Of a DNA stretch of 64,000 nucleotides, positions 61,114 through 64,000 are shown in pieces. How positions within the stretch are numbered: the stretch's first letter is position 1; every line of letters begins with the position of its first letter. The DNA is taken from positions 5,844-69,843 of the forward strand of contig JANXYV010000212.1 in the NCBI GenBank assembly GCA_025355875.1, read 5' to 3'. Under the pieces are notes generated by a model that saw nothing but the letters and a program-made list of their open reading frames with translations, was not told where the DNA came from and ran no database searches. The position numbers were made by a program, and so were the translations under genes. The DNA is from Prolixibacteraceae bacterium. GTDB taxonomy: Bacteria; Bacteroidota; Bacteroidia; Bacteroidales; Prolixibacteraceae.

Positions 61114-61791
61114 TTATTTTAAATCTTTAATATCAATCAATACATTTATTTTATTTCTACATTTTGAGTTTAATGCAAAAACTTTCTCAACTGTTCTAAT
61201 ATGCCCAATCCATTCATCCTTATTTGTTATTATATCTACATCTGGAGCATTACAGAAATAAATAAATATTATATATGCATTTAAATGATTTAATTCCTTT
61301 AAATAATATAAATGAGCTAGTCTATTTGCATATTGGTAGAATGGCATTTGCCAATAGGATTTTGTGTTATCTGAATAGAATTGTTTTGTATTATCAATAG
61401 ATTTTTTGATTAAATCAATTGATAGTTGCGAAGTTGCCCCAGTGTTGTAATCTACAGCTTCCTCAATATGAGCTTTAGCCTCAATCAAAAAATATTTTTT
61501 TGTATTTGTCTTTCCTAATCCATCCCATCTTGGTCCACTTATTGGCCAAAAATCATTCAATGATACAATGAGTTTATTTTTATCAATGCCTAATTTATCA
61601 AGAAATTCATTGTCATAGTATTCAGCAAAATCATCCGCCAAAGTTGGAGATAACCATTCGATAATCTCATTTTCACTAACAATTTTATTATCAAATAGAA
61701 TTTTGTTTAGTATCTCAGGGTTGTCATTAATAAGCTTCCGCAACCAAAATTCACTTCTAGTTGTAATTAGTGGTCTTTTTCTTCTTGGCAT
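61114..61791 (-). CDS. Hypothetical protein, putative PD-(D/E)XK nuclease
   Basis: FWPISGPRWDGLG...FLIEAKAH...YQYANRL. Confidence 0.55.
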   Translation of the reverse strand: MPRRKRPLITTRSEFWLRKLINDNPEILNKILFDNKIVSENEIIEWLSPTLADDFAEYYDNEFLDKLGIDKNKLIVSLNDFWPISGPRWDGLGKTNTKKYFLIEAKAHIEEAVDYNTGATSQLSIDLIKKSIDNTKQFYSDNTKSYWQMPFYQYANRLAHLYYLKELNHLNAYIIFIYFCNAPDVDIITNKDEWIGHIRTVEKVFALNSKCRNKINVLIDIKDLK

Positions 61792-61903
61792 AGTTTACTA
61801 TTTTTCAATGAGGTTATATAATAGCATAAAAGTAAGTATGCAACATGAAAATTACTTTCATATTATTTTATAAAATCAGAAAGTCCTATTTATTAACAGT
61901 TGC

Positions 61904-62713
61904 CTATTTTCTTAGAATTTCTCTAATTGATTCAATAGTATTCTCAATTTGCAAAGTATCATTATCGTCAATTTCTTCTATACCAATTAAATCACACATT
62001 GTTTTTCCTAGTGGACTAATTCCCAGAGAGGAAGCACTCATCGAAATTCCGCCTCCCGTTTGCTTTAGTAGCTGTTTATTATAAATATCCATTAACTCAA
62101 AATAGAAATCTTGATATTTACCTAAATCTGCTTTATCTTTAAATGAAATCATCCAGTTTTGGGTACTTAAATCTTCTATAGTTGAAAAGTATGCCAAAAT
62201 AGCTATTTGTCTATAGCTTAGCTGCTCTAAAATTCTTAACAAAGTATTTCCCTTTTCAAAATTTATGGAATTATCAAAACTTAGGTTTGCTAAGAGATTT
62301 GAATAACATCTTATTTTCTTTTCTTCATATTCGTTTCGTACTTTTAATAATGTTCCTTCTAAAATGGTCTCCGATTTAGACCTGTCATTTTCTTGTACTT
62401 CGAAAAAATCATCATTTCTTACTTTTTTCCCAGTGTCTATAATTTTAGCAATTTTTTCAAGGGCAAGAGTATAAGTTGCCCCAACTCTTGCCTGCTCTCT
62501 TGGACCCATAATCTTTTCAGATATCTCAGTACCAACTTTTTTGAAAGTAGCTCCAACAAGTGGACCAACAATTGCACCAGCAATTGCTCCAACGGGGCCA
62601 GCAATCGCAAGTCCAATAGTTGAACCAGCAACACTGCCTCCAATTTCTGAGCCTTTGTCAATTATTATTTTTAATTTTTTAAATTTCACACTACTTTTTT
62701 TCTTTTCTGTCAA
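61904..62713 (-). CDS. Hypothetical protein with N-terminal glycine zipper, Abi-alpha/DUF4393-like
   Basis: GGSVAGSTIGLAIAGPVGAIAGAIVG; EEKKIRCYSNLLAN..., ILEQLSYRQIAIL; C-terminal ISPLGK. Start uncertain (TTG 62713, GTG 62689, or 62806). Confidence 0.5.
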   Translation of the reverse strand: MTEKKKSSVKFKKLKIIIDKGSEIGGSVAGSTIGLAIAGPVGAIAGAIVGPLVGATFKKVGTEISEKIMGPREQARVGATYTLALEKIAKIIDTGKKVRNDDFFEVQENDRSKSETILEGTLLKVRNEYEEKKIRCYSNLLANLSFDNSINFEKGNTLLRILEQLSYRQIAILAYFSTIEDLSTQNWMISFKDKADLGKYQDFYFELMDIYNKQLLKQTGGGISMSASSLGISPLGKTMCDLIGIEEIDDNDTLQIENTIESIREILRK

Positions 62714-62863
62714 ATTATTGAATACTATTTTTTTATTATTGCCACGGTTGGAAGCTAAATGCAGAGGATGATTGCGGGTTTCGACAAGGTTGAATCGCAC
62801 CGCCACTCTAGTGTATTACGAACTTTGTTGTCCACATGAAAATGGCAATTAATAATATTGACA

Positions 62864-63925
62864 TTATTTATTTATCTTAAGTATTTTTTCAATATTATTT
62901 AAAAATCCATCAGTATTGTAGCCTACTAATATTCCTAAAACTAATCCACCAATGAAATCATCGATGGTCACAGGAATAAATTTCTTTTTACCAGGAATCT
63001 TACGTAGAATAAACGAAGATAAAAAAGCTAATAATACACAGCCAAAAATTTCCATCCCCCAATTTTCGGGAGCTACGTAATTTTTAAATACAATTTTCAA
63101 AAAATATCCTGCAATTGCGCCTGCAATAGCCCCCAAAGGTATTGAGTATAAAGATGGATTTACTTTTAACTCTTTCTCAATTTTAACATTCTCAAGGAAG
63201 TTACCTTTTGAGTCTAAAGCTTTTGAGTAAAAGATGTACTTATACGATGATTCTTTAAATTGACGAGGTATTTTTAATTCATAACTAAAAACGACTTCAC
63301 TTTTTGATGGAACTTTAATATACCTCAACCCAATTTGCTTTTCGACTTCAAGTTGCTTAATTTTTTCAAGTTCGTTAATGCAATTAATTAGTCTTGCTTT
63401 ATTTAGATTAAATGATTTAATAAGTATTGATTTCTTGTTATATTGAGTTAAATCAATAGTTTTTTCAATCTCTGCTAAATCCTCCAAATTTCTTATTTCT
63501 GCTAACCGTTCATAATTCTCCGGTAAACGCCTAAATGTTCTATAAATGTTATAATAGAATTCTTCCAAAAATTTTGAAGGGGTTAAACTTTGAATAACCT
63601 TTAATAATCGTGATATTCGTTTGCCTGATTCTTTAATTAATGGTTCTTCTTCCTCAAGTAACTCTTTTAAATAAATCTGTTTTATAGTTAATTCTAAATC
63701 AGATATTAAAGTTATCTTTCTATTTTCCAAGTTATCTAATTTAGAATCTTCTGCTGTCGTGTTAATATCTAAAATCCGACCATAGTATTCTTTTAATTCA
63801 AGAGGTTCCATGTATAACACATAAGAAGATAAATTTCTTAGACTTATTATAATTTTAAATCTTTTATCACCAACAATTTCTGTAGGGTTTATTAAAATTT
63901 CTTGTTGAAAATGCTTGCTGCTCAT
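62864..63925 (-). CDS. Hypothetical protein with coiled coil and three C-terminal TM helices
   Basis: Long ORF in AT-rich DNA; hydrophobic segments at the C-terminus; no recognisable family. Confidence 0.7.
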   Translation of the reverse strand: MSSKHFQQEILINPTEIVGDKRFKIIISLRNLSSYVLYMEPLELKEYYGRILDINTTAEDSKLDNLENRKITLISDLELTIKQIYLKELLEEEEPLIKESGKRISRLLKVIQSLTPSKFLEEFYYNIYRTFRRLPENYERLAEIRNLEDLAEIEKTIDLTQYNKKSILIKSFNLNKARLINCINELEKIKQLEVEKQIGLRYIKVPSKSEVVFSYELKIPRQFKESSYKYIFYSKALDSKGNFLENVKIEKELKVNPSLYSIPLGAIAGAIAGYFLKIVFKNYVAPENWGMEIFGCVLLAFLSSFILRKIPGKKKFIPVTIDDFIGGLVLGILVGYNTDGFLNNIEKILKINK

Positions 63926-64000
63926 ATTCTATTCTGTCAGAGATGAATGGTTCAGAATTAAACACAACTAGTTAATATCCGTAATTTGTAGATATAGTCA

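Larger units (their letters stand above)
48740..64000. mobile_element. AT-rich defence island inserted at tRNA-Gln(CTG), extending beyond the window
   Basis: Abrupt compositional shift after the tRNA (sample lines: 32/60 GC at 39181 vs 13/60 at 61141); all genes on the minus strand; RM and nuclease content. No integrase is visible in the window. Confidence 0.75.

Noticed and set aside
1-64000. CRISPR array, rRNA or IS transposase
   Set aside because: No regularly spaced direct repeats, rRNA signatures or DDE/HUH transposase ORFs were found.

Overview
A 64-kb stretch of a Bacteroidota chromosome. The assignment rests on TAnnTTTG promoter elements, a Bacteroidota-type PurF and the FtsZ tail DNNSYLHDNVD; a Marinilabiliales/Prolixibacteraceae-like host is an inference. 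About 1-48.7 kb is core genome: CNNM/CBS protein, ppiD, guaB, a complete dcw cluster (mraZ to ftsA) ending in TWO tandem, diverged ftsZ genes, a glsAB-like acyltransferase pair, GH28, purF, metal transporters, era/der, an ECF sigma pair, dgt and two tRNA-Gln genes. Several GC-rich palindromic REP/REPIN-like elements sit in operon junctions, and two of them contribute codons to proteins. Immediately after tRNA-Gln(CTG) the sequence turns AT-rich, and nine co-oriented minus-strand genes form a defence island that runs off the right edge. The best candidate for a new system is a tightly packed five-gene operon: SNF2 ATPase, DUF262/DUF1524 (GmrSD-like) nuclease, type III Mod, type III Res, and a second DNA methyltransferase fused to a C-terminal HEPN-like (RxxxxH) domain. 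Upstream of it lie two putative PD-(D/E)XK nucleases, an Abi-alpha-like protein and an unknown membrane protein. All domain calls are from motif recognition by eye; no database searches were run.
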